Assembly (NCBI GenBank): GCA_000002445.1
Contig: CM000208.1
Span: forward strand, 448,001-512,000
Length of the DNA: 64,000 bases
Origin: Trypanosoma brucei
Lineage: Eukaryota
Reading direction: 5' to 3'
The position numbers were made by a program, and so were the translations under genes. How positions within the stretch are numbered: the stretch's first letter is position 1; the number at the start of each line of letters is the position of its first letter. The notes beneath the pieces were generated by a model. It saw only the letters and a program-made list of their open reading frames with translations. It did no database searches and was not told the DNA's origin. Positions 52,601-62,289 of the stretch are shown here, in pieces.

Positions 52601-54220
52601 GATTTGCCACTGCCGTATTACCGTCGTTTTCCCACTTGGCGAATTTACGAAGTTACGGAGAGCGTTGAAGGAAGTAATGATTTCTTGGCTCTTTCTTCTA
52701 GGGGAGGTACTGTTCTCTGCGGCGATATCCCACCCAGTGTGATGGCACACAAATCGAGTTTTGATTGCGATGCAATGAAATTCCGACAGGAGCTACATGA
52801 CAACGTGCTCGCATCACGGAGAACTGGCTCCAAAGAATCGGGTTTAGCTTTTTCCGCAGTGAAAGAGGCAGATATGGGGACAGGATCCCCATCACCGGCT
52901 CGCGAAGCAGACGGTGTGAACCGCCGAATGTCAAGTATGTGCTTGTTAACGGACGCTCATTCGGGTAATCTTGAGAGTGGGTTAGAGAGATCCCTTGGCC
53001 GGCCGACCACTTCGTTGCGAGATACGTTGGGTAAAGGCCGTCCCAGCACGGTGCCGGGAGGTGAATTTGGCACCCTTGAGGCCGAGGGGGCGTCCGCATT
53101 GAACGTTGCAGGGCGGAATGCGGGCTCTTTTGACGCCATGAAATCCACCAACCCCCAAACCAAAACTTGCGCAGATGAAGAAAATTATGGGGATGTTGAG
53201 CTTGGGGTTGGTGACGAGCGGCGTCGTTTCTCATTTACAAATTGTCGTCCGTCTATCATTGCTGAGGGTCGCAGGCGTAGTTACAATAGGTGTGCAGAGT
53301 CATGCGTGTCACTTACTAGCGACAGCATGGAGGATGCCCACTCTTTTTCTGTAGTTGATCCAGGGGGTTCTCTCATGGCGACGTACACTCTACCGAAGAA
53401 AATAGTCGCCAAGAATGGCATTACATACCTGCGCAGCTCACGCATCCTTGGCAAGGGATCGTTTGGCTGCGTGTATCTAGGCATGGACGTAAACAGTGGT
53501 CGTATGACTGCTATAAAGTTTCTTCCCATGCCTTCTGGAGAGGAAGAAGTGTCCAAGGTTGAGACGGAGGTGGTTGCCATGCAGAAAGTGAAAAGCGGCC
53601 ACGTCGTGCAGTTCATTTCTTATGCTTTTCAGAGTAACTTGATTATAATCATAATGGAATGTATGATGGCAGGCTCTCTTAAGGGGATGTTGGACGCATT
53701 TGGCAGCATTCCGCCTGCAACGGCTTGCCTATTCATTCGAGACGTATTGCGTGGCTTGCACAAACTTCATTCTAATGGTATCATCCACCGTGATGTAAAG
53801 CCTCAAAATGTCCTTCTCACGCTTGGTGGCACGTGTAAGATATCCGACTTTGGTGCGTCGGCCTTTCTGAGTGAAGTGGTTCGCAGAGAAATGGAAGGGA
53901 ATGGCCTGCAGATTCAGGGCACCCCCGTCTACTTGGCCCCAGAGGCAGCACGAGGGAAGCCTGTGGAGCAGAGCGACATTTGGAGCTGTGGTATTATGTT
54001 TCTACAGCTCCTTACGGGCGGTCTCCCCTATGCAGACCATTTTCTTCGAATGCCACCACAGGTTCTCGTCTATCATATTGGGTCAGCCTCCGCAAAGCCT
54101 ATCATACCAGACGACCTCGACGAGTTCTGTTTGGAGTTTGTGCAGATTTGCCTGAAAAGTGACCCGAATGAGCGTTTGTCGGCGCAGCAGCTGTTGGCAC
54201 TTCCCGTTTTTTCCCTTTAG
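49616..54220 (+). CDS. Receptor-like multidomain protein kinase (1534 aa): two TM helices flanking a ~290-aa extracytoplasmic region, a degenerate class III nucleotidyl-cyclase homology domain, and a C-terminal STE11/MEKK-like Ser/Thr kinase domain
   Basis: TM1 ~nt 50267-50347 (LTWLLCGLLLPFMLVLISMVVGTELLL). TM2 ~nt 51215-51300 (LLTTAMVVGYTGAVLFMVMLCFAYISI). CHD-like block ~nt 51850-52330 aligns to trypanosome adenylate cyclase catalytic domains but with metal-binding Asp replaced (TVHL for FTDI; SGE for IGD). Kinase ~nt 53420-54200 has GKGSFGCV, AIKF, HRDVKPQNVLL, DFGAS, APE. Confidence 0.85.
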   Translation: MKQEFVRHVDAYDPLSAAQPPVLETTASTLVSDKPPNDSFDVDVNNRPNVERCFSPNLLGQPCPVVSNGDSSRRQATSGFGACGVEIHLAEPSVCSTRDSQVFAETHGSRFMRGIELLDRLPHEESRDDCQEEMASVSGAPRNHTKPQPEQQQRLNHEELRSPLSVHSVCVWEVDAPRDNRIVITEETEPGWEQPDSQRDAALQQLLCDASKARGIKLTWLLCGLLLPFMLVLISMVVGTELLLNVKVAEPRKDVIKLSTRLTLSRLKDMYYDIRRMSQVSEVARASSKVAEKRAALDSVCSFLRGAPVVLATYSGVNASLTWTHNCSAGDQTDIALPSTMRLSDPTSPTPRISRYRSDLLIVTEKYGPEADVFVVILRRDITGLMLLGHSLVDDFTTGISPLVAILLPSFSSSRLTVSLYNNAQWLEDANPQNNPHDDEVLLLFEEWCSSGDTHTWHSVGRLLPGGLANTTVGEDVAHFPAPVPRLAGGGFFSVTPPLVMCSTFCVDGTSNTCGKDNPSSVWLVTYGSSSYRGLDGLLTTAMVVGYTGAVLFMVMLCFAYISIDAPVSYLKSLIFSAAGGTERRKEWDHTVHGWRKIWLGDLRALVNTFQILALCFRLNKKYVPQHILEKQVKNLLDVKDKICSADTDGEAAVEVAEGRHNDDDDAVDDKANVGAFVCAATVADVKSSISKRMCQGSQSVTSLNRIQPLCGVGDLQATDIAVESGRAAALSGAADGREPVNRGMILVENATILTVHLPAVETAYFTDFGLAVEQHRHIMALLLRSVRQYRGELFQRSGECISAAWNAFDGCADHAIRAAACALRILDRLEAYRRAGFRVGIVLHQGPFVCGVVEDRAEAFTTVFGSVPRQAIVFSELAASLTVFDVLISEPVKESLSSHYECIMVDVIKYHEDDPPITLYELSKERQLPMTKGMPRGPSAFAEEHARVFFNFRNHEFGLALAGIEKMKRSFSKTELRLLWRIEQLCKYYMHHEKDLPLPYYRRFPTWRIYEVTESVEGSNDFLALSSRGGTVLCGDIPPSVMAHKSSFDCDAMKFRQELHDNVLASRRTGSKESGLAFSAVKEADMGTGSPSPAREADGVNRRMSSMCLLTDAHSGNLESGLERSLGRPTTSLRDTLGKGRPSTVPGGEFGTLEAEGASALNVAGRNAGSFDAMKSTNPQTKTCADEENYGDVELGVGDERRRFSFTNCRPSIIAEGRRRSYNRCAESCVSLTSDSMEDAHSFSVVDPGGSLMATYTLPKKIVAKNGITYLRSSRILGKGSFGCVYLGMDVNSGRMTAIKFLPMPSGEEEVSKVETEVVAMQKVKSGHVVQFISYAFQSNLIIIIMECMMAGSLKGMLDAFGSIPPATACLFIRDVLRGLHKLHSNGIIHRDVKPQNVLLTLGGTCKISDFGASAFLSEVVRREMEGNGLQIQGTPVYLAPEAARGKPVEQSDIWSCGIMFLQLLTGGLPYADHFLRMPPQVLVYHIGSASAKPIIPDDLDEFCLEFVQICLKSDPNERLSAQQLLALPVFSL

Positions 54221-55561
54221 AAGCGGTAATAAATATGCTGCCGTGCAGAGCCGCCGGGTTATTTGTTACCATGTCAATGTGATGGAAGGCATTGAAGGGA
54301 AATGCGGGATGACGAGAGTTTGAGTTTGTGCATGTGTGGAAAATATCGTTTATTTTACCTACACTATGAAAGGACCTCCCTTCTCTTAGTGTGAGAAAAA
54401 CGTCAGCAGTTGGGTATATATATGTAGGACCGTTGCGATCTTCAGGCAGATATGTATCCGTTGGGTTTCGAGCACGGTGATTGGAGGTGATAGAGCAAGA
54501 AAGGAGAGAGAAATTGTACAGCAGTGAGAGGATTGAGGATGAAGATGAGCAAAAGTGTGTTTTAAACAGTGTAGACAACAAAACACTGGTTGTAGTTGAG
54601 GTAGTGGATAACGGATATATATATATATATATGAAAAGAAAGGTATGGTAGAGGTAAGGTGAGGTGACGCGGGACACCAGCTAACCAGAAGGAAAGGTGG
54701 GTGAGAAGGCGAAGGCACCGACCTTTTACAATTGCCGTGGCTTCCATGCTATGTTTGCTTTACTTTTGTGTTGCTCCTTCAAGCGTATTAAGCGGAGCAG
54801 TGATTTTTTTTTCCTCTGCGGAGCGTTAGATGTTACGCTTTAAACCATGTCGGGACGTCGTCCGGCCTAATGTTGATGTTTTTTCCCTTTTCATATAATA
54901 TATATATATTACTTACGTGTATGTTTATATGTGTTACTCCTATATAGTTTCTTCGTCTGATTATTGTCCATTATATTCCAGCTGTGGGTGATTTGTGCAG
55001 TGTTAGACCCCAATCCTGACCGCTTTTGTGGAGCAAAAGTTGAGGAGGGAGGTCTGGGCCCGAGTTTGAAATGGGTCATTTGATACAGCAGAGCCTAGTT
55101 GGTTGGCATCTGTGGTTCCATCGGTTTATCCTGTTTTTTTTTTTGGCTTTCGCCTTGTCTTCTCTTCTCCTCTTTACTTTTTTACTTTTCCCCTTTCTTT
55201 TCTTTTTTGCTCAAATTCCTCGTAGTCGTTTTACAGCGGACAGGGGAACTTTGCTGCAAAGAATAAAATGCTACCGGAGAGGAGGTAGGGAAGGAGGAGA
55301 GAAGCCTCTGGGATTGTATGTGTGTGAAACGCCTCTAACGAACTGTTGTTTTGCATTCCTCACCCCCTTCCTCTTTTTTGCCTTCTACTTTTTTTTTTCT
55401 GTTGCCTTCGGATGTACGATTCTCCCCTCAATTCCTCTCCTTTTTTCTGATCTCTTCACTGACCCCTCTCCCTGCAACACTTGTGCAGCCGTGTGTGCAA
55501 TAGGGTGAAAGCAAAAGTGAGAGTGGTAACGAAATAAGGAAGAAAGGAGAAAAGGGGCGTA

Positions 55562-57505
55562 ATGCGCCCTGCAGCCACTTGCTTACTTACAACTGCGGCC
55601 TCACCGTACCTCGGCACAGCATGTCGTAGGATGCTTCTTTTCTCAGCTGGTAGGAGTTTGCATCTCTCCCCTAAGCGACTCAGCGGATCGGGCTCCTTGT
55701 TTTCTGACAACGCTTTTGAAAGGGAGGAGGAGGAATCGCTCCCTCATCAGAAACAACGGACTGAGGACAATATGACTGCTGTCCTGTCTCTCTTGCGTGA
55801 CACCGTTCCACTCACTGGTTCCGATGATGTCAAGGAATTACTGAAGGGGTGTAAAAATGCGAAGGAGGTGCGTCACATTTTGGAAACGGTTGTGTATCGT
55901 AACCCACTGTGTTACGATGTTTTGAATGGCCACGGTTATCGCGTAGCGGTGTTACAGGCGTTGACTGCCGGTGCACCCCGCACGCAGTGTTTACATGAGT
56001 GGTTTGAATGTGTGGATAGGTTCCGTCGTTTAGGGTTTCTGCTGACAAGGACGTTCGCAGCTGAGGGGTTCACGCTAATAAAGCAATGGCTCTCGAGTCA
56101 TTTTCAAACAGAAGGACGCTCACCTTTGCTTGTGACGGAGGGCATATCACACATACGTGAACTTGTTCGCATATGCAGGGAGGACCGCCTTGTCTTTGAC
56201 CACGTTTTGTACACTCGTATAGTGTTTCTTCTCACCATGATTGTGAGTTTCTTTGACCGCCAGAACATTTACCGGTCAGTTTTCCCCGAGAACTTCTCCA
56301 AGCGTGATGGTGTGGTCGTGGAGTGGGTGATAACCAGTGAGAGATGTGTAGACTTTGATGAGTGTGTGTTGCAGTGTGATGCCGTTGTGGAAGAACTTCT
56401 AGAGATGCTATCCGAGGATATTCCCTCGCATCCAAATTTCAGCGTGATGTATCGATTGATTGACTACTACTTCGCAGCAGACAATGTCGAAAAAATGATA
56501 GCCGTTATGGAGGATGCCGAGGGGTACGGAATCGGAATTGCCGAAAGCAGTACAGCGAAACTTATGCAGCTCGCCTGCGCACTTAACTACCCGAACGTCC
56601 CCGAGTTATTTATGCGCTGGCGAGCATCACTCCCTCAGTGTGTCATTGCGACCCCAGACATGAGCCGGTTGATGTTTTATTATTCGAGGTCTGGGGGTGG
56701 CAGGCCGTGCCCAGTCTGCGGCGAACCGTATAACCATCGAAACGTTAATGTTTACGTGTGGCAGCAAACACCTGATCATCAGCGCAACTGCCCTGCATTG
56801 ATGGATGCTAGGCGGCGTAAAGGTGAGCTGGATGAAAACACTGCGCTCCCACAGAATCAAGACTGGAGTGAGGTGGCGTTCAACTTATGGAACATGTCCC
56901 AAGGTCGGTCTATTGAATGGGGTGCGGTGGAGTGGCGCGGTTTCTTGCTGTGTTGTATGTACTCTCCTCGGGCGCTTGAGGCACGGCGCCTTCTGGACGA
57001 GCACTACGACCATTCTAGGATGGATGACTTCCTCCGCGCCACTTACATGCGTTTGCTCCGTCACCAGTTACCAGAAGATGTAGCCGCAACACTGAGAGGC
57101 TGGAAGAAAAAGGAACAGCGTGTCTCGCCTATCGTGCTGCAGGAGTCACTTATTGGGGCCGCCATGGCTGAAGAACCAGATACTCGCATGTCAGCTTTGC
57201 GTGAGGTGTGGGCTACACTGCTTGAGAAGGACAGCTATGTGATGCCTTTTACGAGGCGTCGACTACAGCAGCGACTGGATGAACTGCGCTCCCGGACACC
57301 CGGTCCCACTGTAGAAGAGATTACGCTGTTGGAGGAGATGATTAATATGCAGCCACGTCACCTCTCATTGTTGGACATGAAGGACAGCCCGGCAGATTTT
57401 GTCGTGGGAACGTCGAAGAAGAACGTCTTCACCCCTCCTGCAAGCGGTTCCCGCGCGGAAGTGAGGCTTCCAGAGCGGCGCCGCGGGCGTAAGGAGATGG
57501 GATAG
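55562..57505 (+). CDS. Hypothetical protein (647 aa), N-terminus resembles a mitochondrial presequence
   Basis: ATG start. MRPAATCLLTTAASPYLGTACRRMLLFSAGRSLHL is Arg/Ser/Leu-rich. Predicted helical. Contains CPVCGEPYNH and Cys/His-containing segments. No confident family assignment. Confidence 0.55.
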   Translation: MRPAATCLLTTAASPYLGTACRRMLLFSAGRSLHLSPKRLSGSGSLFSDNAFEREEEESLPHQKQRTEDNMTAVLSLLRDTVPLTGSDDVKELLKGCKNAKEVRHILETVVYRNPLCYDVLNGHGYRVAVLQALTAGAPRTQCLHEWFECVDRFRRLGFLLTRTFAAEGFTLIKQWLSSHFQTEGRSPLLVTEGISHIRELVRICREDRLVFDHVLYTRIVFLLTMIVSFFDRQNIYRSVFPENFSKRDGVVVEWVITSERCVDFDECVLQCDAVVEELLEMLSEDIPSHPNFSVMYRLIDYYFAADNVEKMIAVMEDAEGYGIGIAESSTAKLMQLACALNYPNVPELFMRWRASLPQCVIATPDMSRLMFYYSRSGGGRPCPVCGEPYNHRNVNVYVWQQTPDHQRNCPALMDARRRKGELDENTALPQNQDWSEVAFNLWNMSQGRSIEWGAVEWRGFLLCCMYSPRALEARRLLDEHYDHSRMDDFLRATYMRLLRHQLPEDVAATLRGWKKKEQRVSPIVLQESLIGAAMAEEPDTRMSALREVWATLLEKDSYVMPFTRRRLQQRLDELRSRTPGPTVEEITLLEEMINMQPRHLSLLDMKDSPADFVVGTSKKNVFTPPASGSRAEVRLPERRRGRKEMG

Positions 57506-57850
57506 GGATAAGAAGGTGTGATACCTCGATGTGTGTAGTTGTTTCTTCAATGCAAGAGTGATTGCAAGGGGTAAGGGAAGGGGTACAAGCGTTCATTTTC
57601 TACCTATCACCACCAAATTTTCTTATTTTTAGTCGGTTACTTGCAACCCACATGAGTGTCAGTTTTCTGGATGTGTTGTTGGTAAATGCTGTGCCGTACG
57701 AATTTTTCTCAAAAGTATCTATTGGCATAACCGGTGTTGTGTAAAATGCCTCAGCGTGGGTGATGCCATTGCGCATAGTATTTTACACCAATCTGTCGTC
57801 ATTACCACACGTCTACACCCCTTTTTCACTTTGTCGTTATTTTCAGACTT

Positions 57851-57904
57851 TTCAATGGCACGGGGATGCACTTCTGGTCAGTAGGGCGTCCCCGTGCCAT
57901 TGAA
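57851..57904 (+). other. Perfect 16-bp stem / 22-nt loop hairpin in the intergenic region between two + strand genes
   Basis: ttcaatggcacgggga (57851-57866) is the exact reverse complement of tccccgtgccattgaa (57889-57904). Confidence 0.8.
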
Positions 57905-58418
57905 TTAGTAATGGAGAAGCAGAAAAGAGACCCATTTCACAAGACTCTCGTCACGTTCAAGATCCCAGTCGTGCCAAGCGTGTGGCACGCACTAGGGGTT
58001 GATGCTTGTTTCATGTGTTATGAAGTCTCTAATATTATCGAATCGACCCTCAGAAGAGTTTTTCCTTCTTCATACACGTTCTTCCTTTTCACATCACCCG
58101 TGGTGACGGTTCGTCCGTCACACGTGTGATTGTTACATGCGGATTTGTTGTGTCGGTAATTAATTTGTTTCGTTTAACCGGGGACCAGATTAGGTGTGGT
58201 CTTTGCGTGGGAGGGAAGACTTCATGCTGTCCTCTTTTCTCTTCAGCCTTTTCTTGTGCTACTCACTTGCCACTATTCTTGTACTGTGAGGAATATCGTG
58301 GTGTAAAATATACTTTCGTTGGCTTGGGCCAATATCTACGCGTAGACGCAAAAAGGATTGAGTACACGTTCCTTGAAAAGAGTTAACTTTATCTTCGGAG
58401 TCGAATAGTAGTGGTCAC

Positions 58419-59456
58419 ATGGTAGACTGCACGGTCGAACTTCCCAACATTCCTTATTTTGGCATACGGTTAGATACCTCCGACATAGTGGGGGGTGTCG
58501 GCAGAAAAAGCCACGATGAAACTGTTCGAGAAATTTTCCTTAAGGGTTTCACCCACGTGCAACAGACATCATCCAGCGACACGCACGTGACACTGGTGGC
58601 TCAGTCTGAAGAGACCAAGGAGTGGGTGCACATCCGAGTTTATGCATTGGAGCGGCTGCGCAGGGATGCAACACTCCGCGACCGCATTGAGAGGTCCGTT
58701 CTTGTGGGCTGCAAGGCTCAGCACCCCTGCATTGTACGAATTATGCAGCCCTTTTTTTCAAGAACAGATCTTTTTGTCGTTGAGGAGTATTGTGCAGGAG
58801 GTGAGTTGCTTTCTTGGGTGGAAACTCATTGCCGCGAGGCAGTCACCACCAAGTCAGGATTTGAACCCCCACTAGGTTTGTCAATGGGATTTGTGAAGAG
58901 TGTGATGCGAGACGTGATGAGTGGGGTGGATCATCTCCACACGAGATGCGGTGTGGCTCATCGTGGCATAAAGCTGGAGAGCATATTGCTAGACAACTGT
59001 AACCGCGCAAAACTCAGCAACTTGGGGGCGTGTGCCGTCATTTCCACAAATGAGGGCAAGGAGGTAAAAAATAACCCACTGAAGGTATGTTGTGCATCGC
59101 GACACTACGCTGCCCCCGAAGTTGTGATGGGCCTGCCGTATGATGGGAAGTTGGTGGATGTGTGGGCATTGGGTGTTTTGCTCTTTGTGCTGTTAACCTG
59201 TCGCTTTCCATTTGAAGAGGAAAGGGATAACCCCTATGAGTCTAGTAGTGACACCGCCGTTCGTGATGGTGGTGATGATGAGCTTTTGATGGAGCGCATT
59301 TGTAATGCAGACGAGTTGTTGCTGAAGCATCCTGTTCTAGCACATGTTTCTGATCCATTAGCAACTGACCTGGTACGCAACATGCTGCGCGTCAACACAA
59401 AAACCAGACTGACTGTGAGGGAGGTGCTTGAGCACCCCTTTCTGAGGATGCCGTAA
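58419..59456 (+). CDS. Protein-kinase-like protein, predicted catalytically inactive (pseudokinase)
   Basis: Kinase fold recognisable (catalytic-loop region VAHRGIKLESILLD, activation segment NLGACAV ... YAAPEVVMG, DVWALGVLLF). HRD is replaced by HRG and DFG by NLG. No clear Gly-loop/VAIK Lys. Confidence 0.7.
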   Translation: MVDCTVELPNIPYFGIRLDTSDIVGGVGRKSHDETVREIFLKGFTHVQQTSSSDTHVTLVAQSEETKEWVHIRVYALERLRRDATLRDRIERSVLVGCKAQHPCIVRIMQPFFSRTDLFVVEEYCAGGELLSWVETHCREAVTTKSGFEPPLGLSMGFVKSVMRDVMSGVDHLHTRCGVAHRGIKLESILLDNCNRAKLSNLGACAVISTNEGKEVKNNPLKVCCASRHYAAPEVVMGLPYDGKLVDVWALGVLLFVLLTCRFPFEEERDNPYESSSDTAVRDGGDDELLMERICNADELLLKHPVLAHVSDPLATDLVRNMLRVNTKTRLTVREVLEHPFLRMP

Positions 59457-59815
59457 GTGAAGAACCCAAAGGGATTCCCTCTTTATGGAACATGTTATCA
59501 TGACTATTATCCCATAGAAATCGGAAGCACGGAACGCCATAGATATTGGGGTGTGCTGAGTCGGTACATCACACTTCAAAAAAAAAAAGATTCTACAGAA
59601 AACTACGGTTTCAGCTTCTACCGATGCTTTTGTTGCGCTTCGACACGTGTTGGTCGCGCACTGTCACCTCGTTTTCTAATAATATCTGGATATTTATTTA
59701 AAGATTATGCCTTCCCCTCCTCTGAAAAATACAAACAAACAAACAAACGTAACTTCTAGAGGCAAACGTAACCCTGAAGGTGGCAAGAAAGGTGTGTGAA
59801 GGGAACTGTGCACCT

Positions 59816-61951
59816 ATGCGCCGAGTTTTTAGGAAAAGTCTCAGTGGAGCCCTTTCGTACCGCTGGTGTTGGAGCCCACAACCGGGGCCCTCCTACCCCA
59901 CACCTGAAGCACTTGTAGAAACCATACGCCGCCAAGGGCCGAAGGAGTCGGTATGGAATTTAGATTTTTCATTTCTACCGAAGCGTCCTTCCACTCAAGG
60001 GGAGGACGTACCTGACGATGTCCTCCGCAGCTGCAGTGTCGCTCTCTCAGAGTCAGCACTCACCGTCAAGCGACTCTCACTGACAATAAACTCTCCGGAA
60101 GCGGTGGAGGTCGCTATTCGGTTCTTACGCGGAGCACAGCTCCCCGCGCTTCGCACACTTGATTTAACTCTCCACAATGTAGCTTTTGTGCAAAATGAGC
60201 GAATGCTCGCGACTCTACTCCAAAGTGCTGCGGGCGTGGCCGGCCGACTAGCTGAATTGCGTGTTGCCATGATTACACATGACATCCGCAGTGGCTTACA
60301 GTGGGGGCGACAGCAGCGTGTGCCTACCGCACTTGCTACTCTTCTATCCGCGTCTGCACTTGAGTCCTTGTCGCTGGAGCACTTGGTGATGTCCAGTACA
60401 AGCGACGAAGAAACCTTGGTATTGAATGCTGCTATTTTGAATTCATGCCGTGGGTTGCGACAATTATCGCTTAGCGGCAGCGCATCGCTGCTTCGCTGTG
60501 ATTCGTTTCTTCATGACACTTTAATGGGAATGCCACGCCTGGAGGTGTTGGACCTCAGCGGTATTTGCCTGAATGATGTGCAAATACAAAAGTTACTGGT
60601 ATCGCTTAGGGTTTCAATTGGTGGATGGCACAACTTACAACAGTTAAACCTCGCTGGGTGCGGTTTATCAACTTGGGCACTTGGGTTGATGCAAAATGAT
60701 TTGGGTGACCCGCATCCGCTACCATCCAATAGTTCTTTCGGTTTAAAGGTTCTGAATCTTAGTAGCAACGGTATCGATGATGAGGGTGCATTTGTCCTCG
60801 CCACGGTTTGTATGCGTTGCAGGTGGATTGAGGAAATATATTTGAGACACAATCGGATCACAGAGAAAGGTGCTGCAGCCATCTGCTCCGCTGTCAGAGA
60901 AGGAACTGAATTAAGAGTGCTCAGCTTTCATTCTAATCTGCTCAAAGATGAGGGGCTTCTTGAGGTATTGCGGCACTTCGAGGGTTGGCCGAAGTTGCAG
61001 CGATTTGATGTTACTCGTTGCCGGTTAACAGTAAGGTGCCTACCGTCTCTATGTATCGCGCTTCTTTCTTCAAAAGCACTACAAGAGTTGGTACTTGATC
61101 GCAATGATCTGCGTCTGCTGGACACCTCAGATGTTACTGGTACTACAGGAGGGGGCGTGCATCTTTTTGCATTCGACTCGATGCGCAGCGGTATCGGCAG
61201 TGCGGACATAAAGGCACTCACATCGTTCGAGGTCGACCGCCGGGATGCACTTGAGGGTCGCCAGCGACACAAGGGGACAGGACCAGCTAATGAAGAGAAG
61301 AAGTTCAATTCAACTTTCATTGGAGCCGCGCCATTTGAACGACTCGGCTCAGCACTGGCCTCCTGCGCCGAACTGCGTAGTTTTTCAGCCTCAGGTTGCT
61401 CCCTCACGGACACCGCATTTCTGTCTTTGACCGCTGCATTACAAAGGTGCCGTTTGACGCATCTTAACCTTAGCTCCAATCCGTTGTTCACCCACGTGGA
61501 AGGCATAGAGGCCCTCGGCAGACTGCTGCATTGTGCTTCTGAAGCCCTGGAAGTACTGGATGTGTCGTGTACTGGTTTGGGAAACGTAGGGATCGCGGTT
61601 CTCGCGGATGGATTGTCGGACTCTGTGTCGGAAATGGTTGGAGAACCGCCGCTGAGATCGCTTGGCGCACTAAGAGAACTTCATGTGTCGCATTGCCGTA
61701 TTGGTGATGACGGTTTTGGAGCGCTCGCCGATGTGGTGCCCTTTATGTGTTCGTTGGAGCGTCTGTTTTTGGACGGGAATCAGGTAACTAGTGTGCCTGT
61801 GGTTGTTTCCCTCCTTGGGAAGCTGTCTACGCTGCCATCACTTGTCTTCGTAGGACTGCATGGTACCCTCTCGCCTAGAAGCGGAGCCGAGGTTGCGGTA
61901 TGTAGTGAGTACTCCCTGTTGCGGCGTAAGGGAATAACTGTCCACGTTTGA
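59816..61951 (+). CDS. Leucine-rich repeat protein of the ribonuclease-inhibitor (RNI) type
   Basis: Track ORF starts at GTG 59780; first ATG 59816. Repeated LxxLxLxxNxIxDxGxxxL units (LNLSSNGIDDEGAFVLA, LSFHSNLLKDEGLLEVL, LNLSSNPLFTHVEGIEALG, LHVSHCRIGDDGFGALA). Confidence 0.75.
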   Translation: MRRVFRKSLSGALSYRWCWSPQPGPSYPTPEALVETIRRQGPKESVWNLDFSFLPKRPSTQGEDVPDDVLRSCSVALSESALTVKRLSLTINSPEAVEVAIRFLRGAQLPALRTLDLTLHNVAFVQNERMLATLLQSAAGVAGRLAELRVAMITHDIRSGLQWGRQQRVPTALATLLSASALESLSLEHLVMSSTSDEETLVLNAAILNSCRGLRQLSLSGSASLLRCDSFLHDTLMGMPRLEVLDLSGICLNDVQIQKLLVSLRVSIGGWHNLQQLNLAGCGLSTWALGLMQNDLGDPHPLPSNSSFGLKVLNLSSNGIDDEGAFVLATVCMRCRWIEEIYLRHNRITEKGAAAICSAVREGTELRVLSFHSNLLKDEGLLEVLRHFEGWPKLQRFDVTRCRLTVRCLPSLCIALLSSKALQELVLDRNDLRLLDTSDVTGTTGGGVHLFAFDSMRSGIGSADIKALTSFEVDRRDALEGRQRHKGTGPANEEKKFNSTFIGAAPFERLGSALASCAELRSFSASGCSLTDTAFLSLTAALQRCRLTHLNLSSNPLFTHVEGIEALGRLLHCASEALEVLDVSCTGLGNVGIAVLADGLSDSVSEMVGEPPLRSLGALRELHVSHCRIGDDGFGALADVVPFMCSLERLFLDGNQVTSVPVVVSLLGKLSTLPSLVFVGLHGTLSPRSGAEVAVCSEYSLLRRKGITVHV

Positions 61952-62289
61952 AGGGCGTGGGAAGTGGTTTTATTGTACCCACAGGTTATGCCCTGAGGTT
62001 TGTGCTGATTCCTGGGAACGAAAGTTATCCTTTAAGTGAGGGGCGAGTGTAGGACTTCGCTACACGTAGGGGTGTGGTTAGCGTCCACAACAAAGCTCTA
62101 TTGGGTTACACCTGTGCGTACTGTAGCGCATTGCCAGTTTTTGCTTTTTGTGTGCTTCGTGTACAACGTTTTGCGGCGGCTCCTGCGTATGCATGTATAT
62201 ACACATCAATATCATCATTATTATTTTTTTGTTGTATAGGCTTGTTACAGAATCGGGCCACCTTCCTCGCGCACTGGTATTTTAAACCA

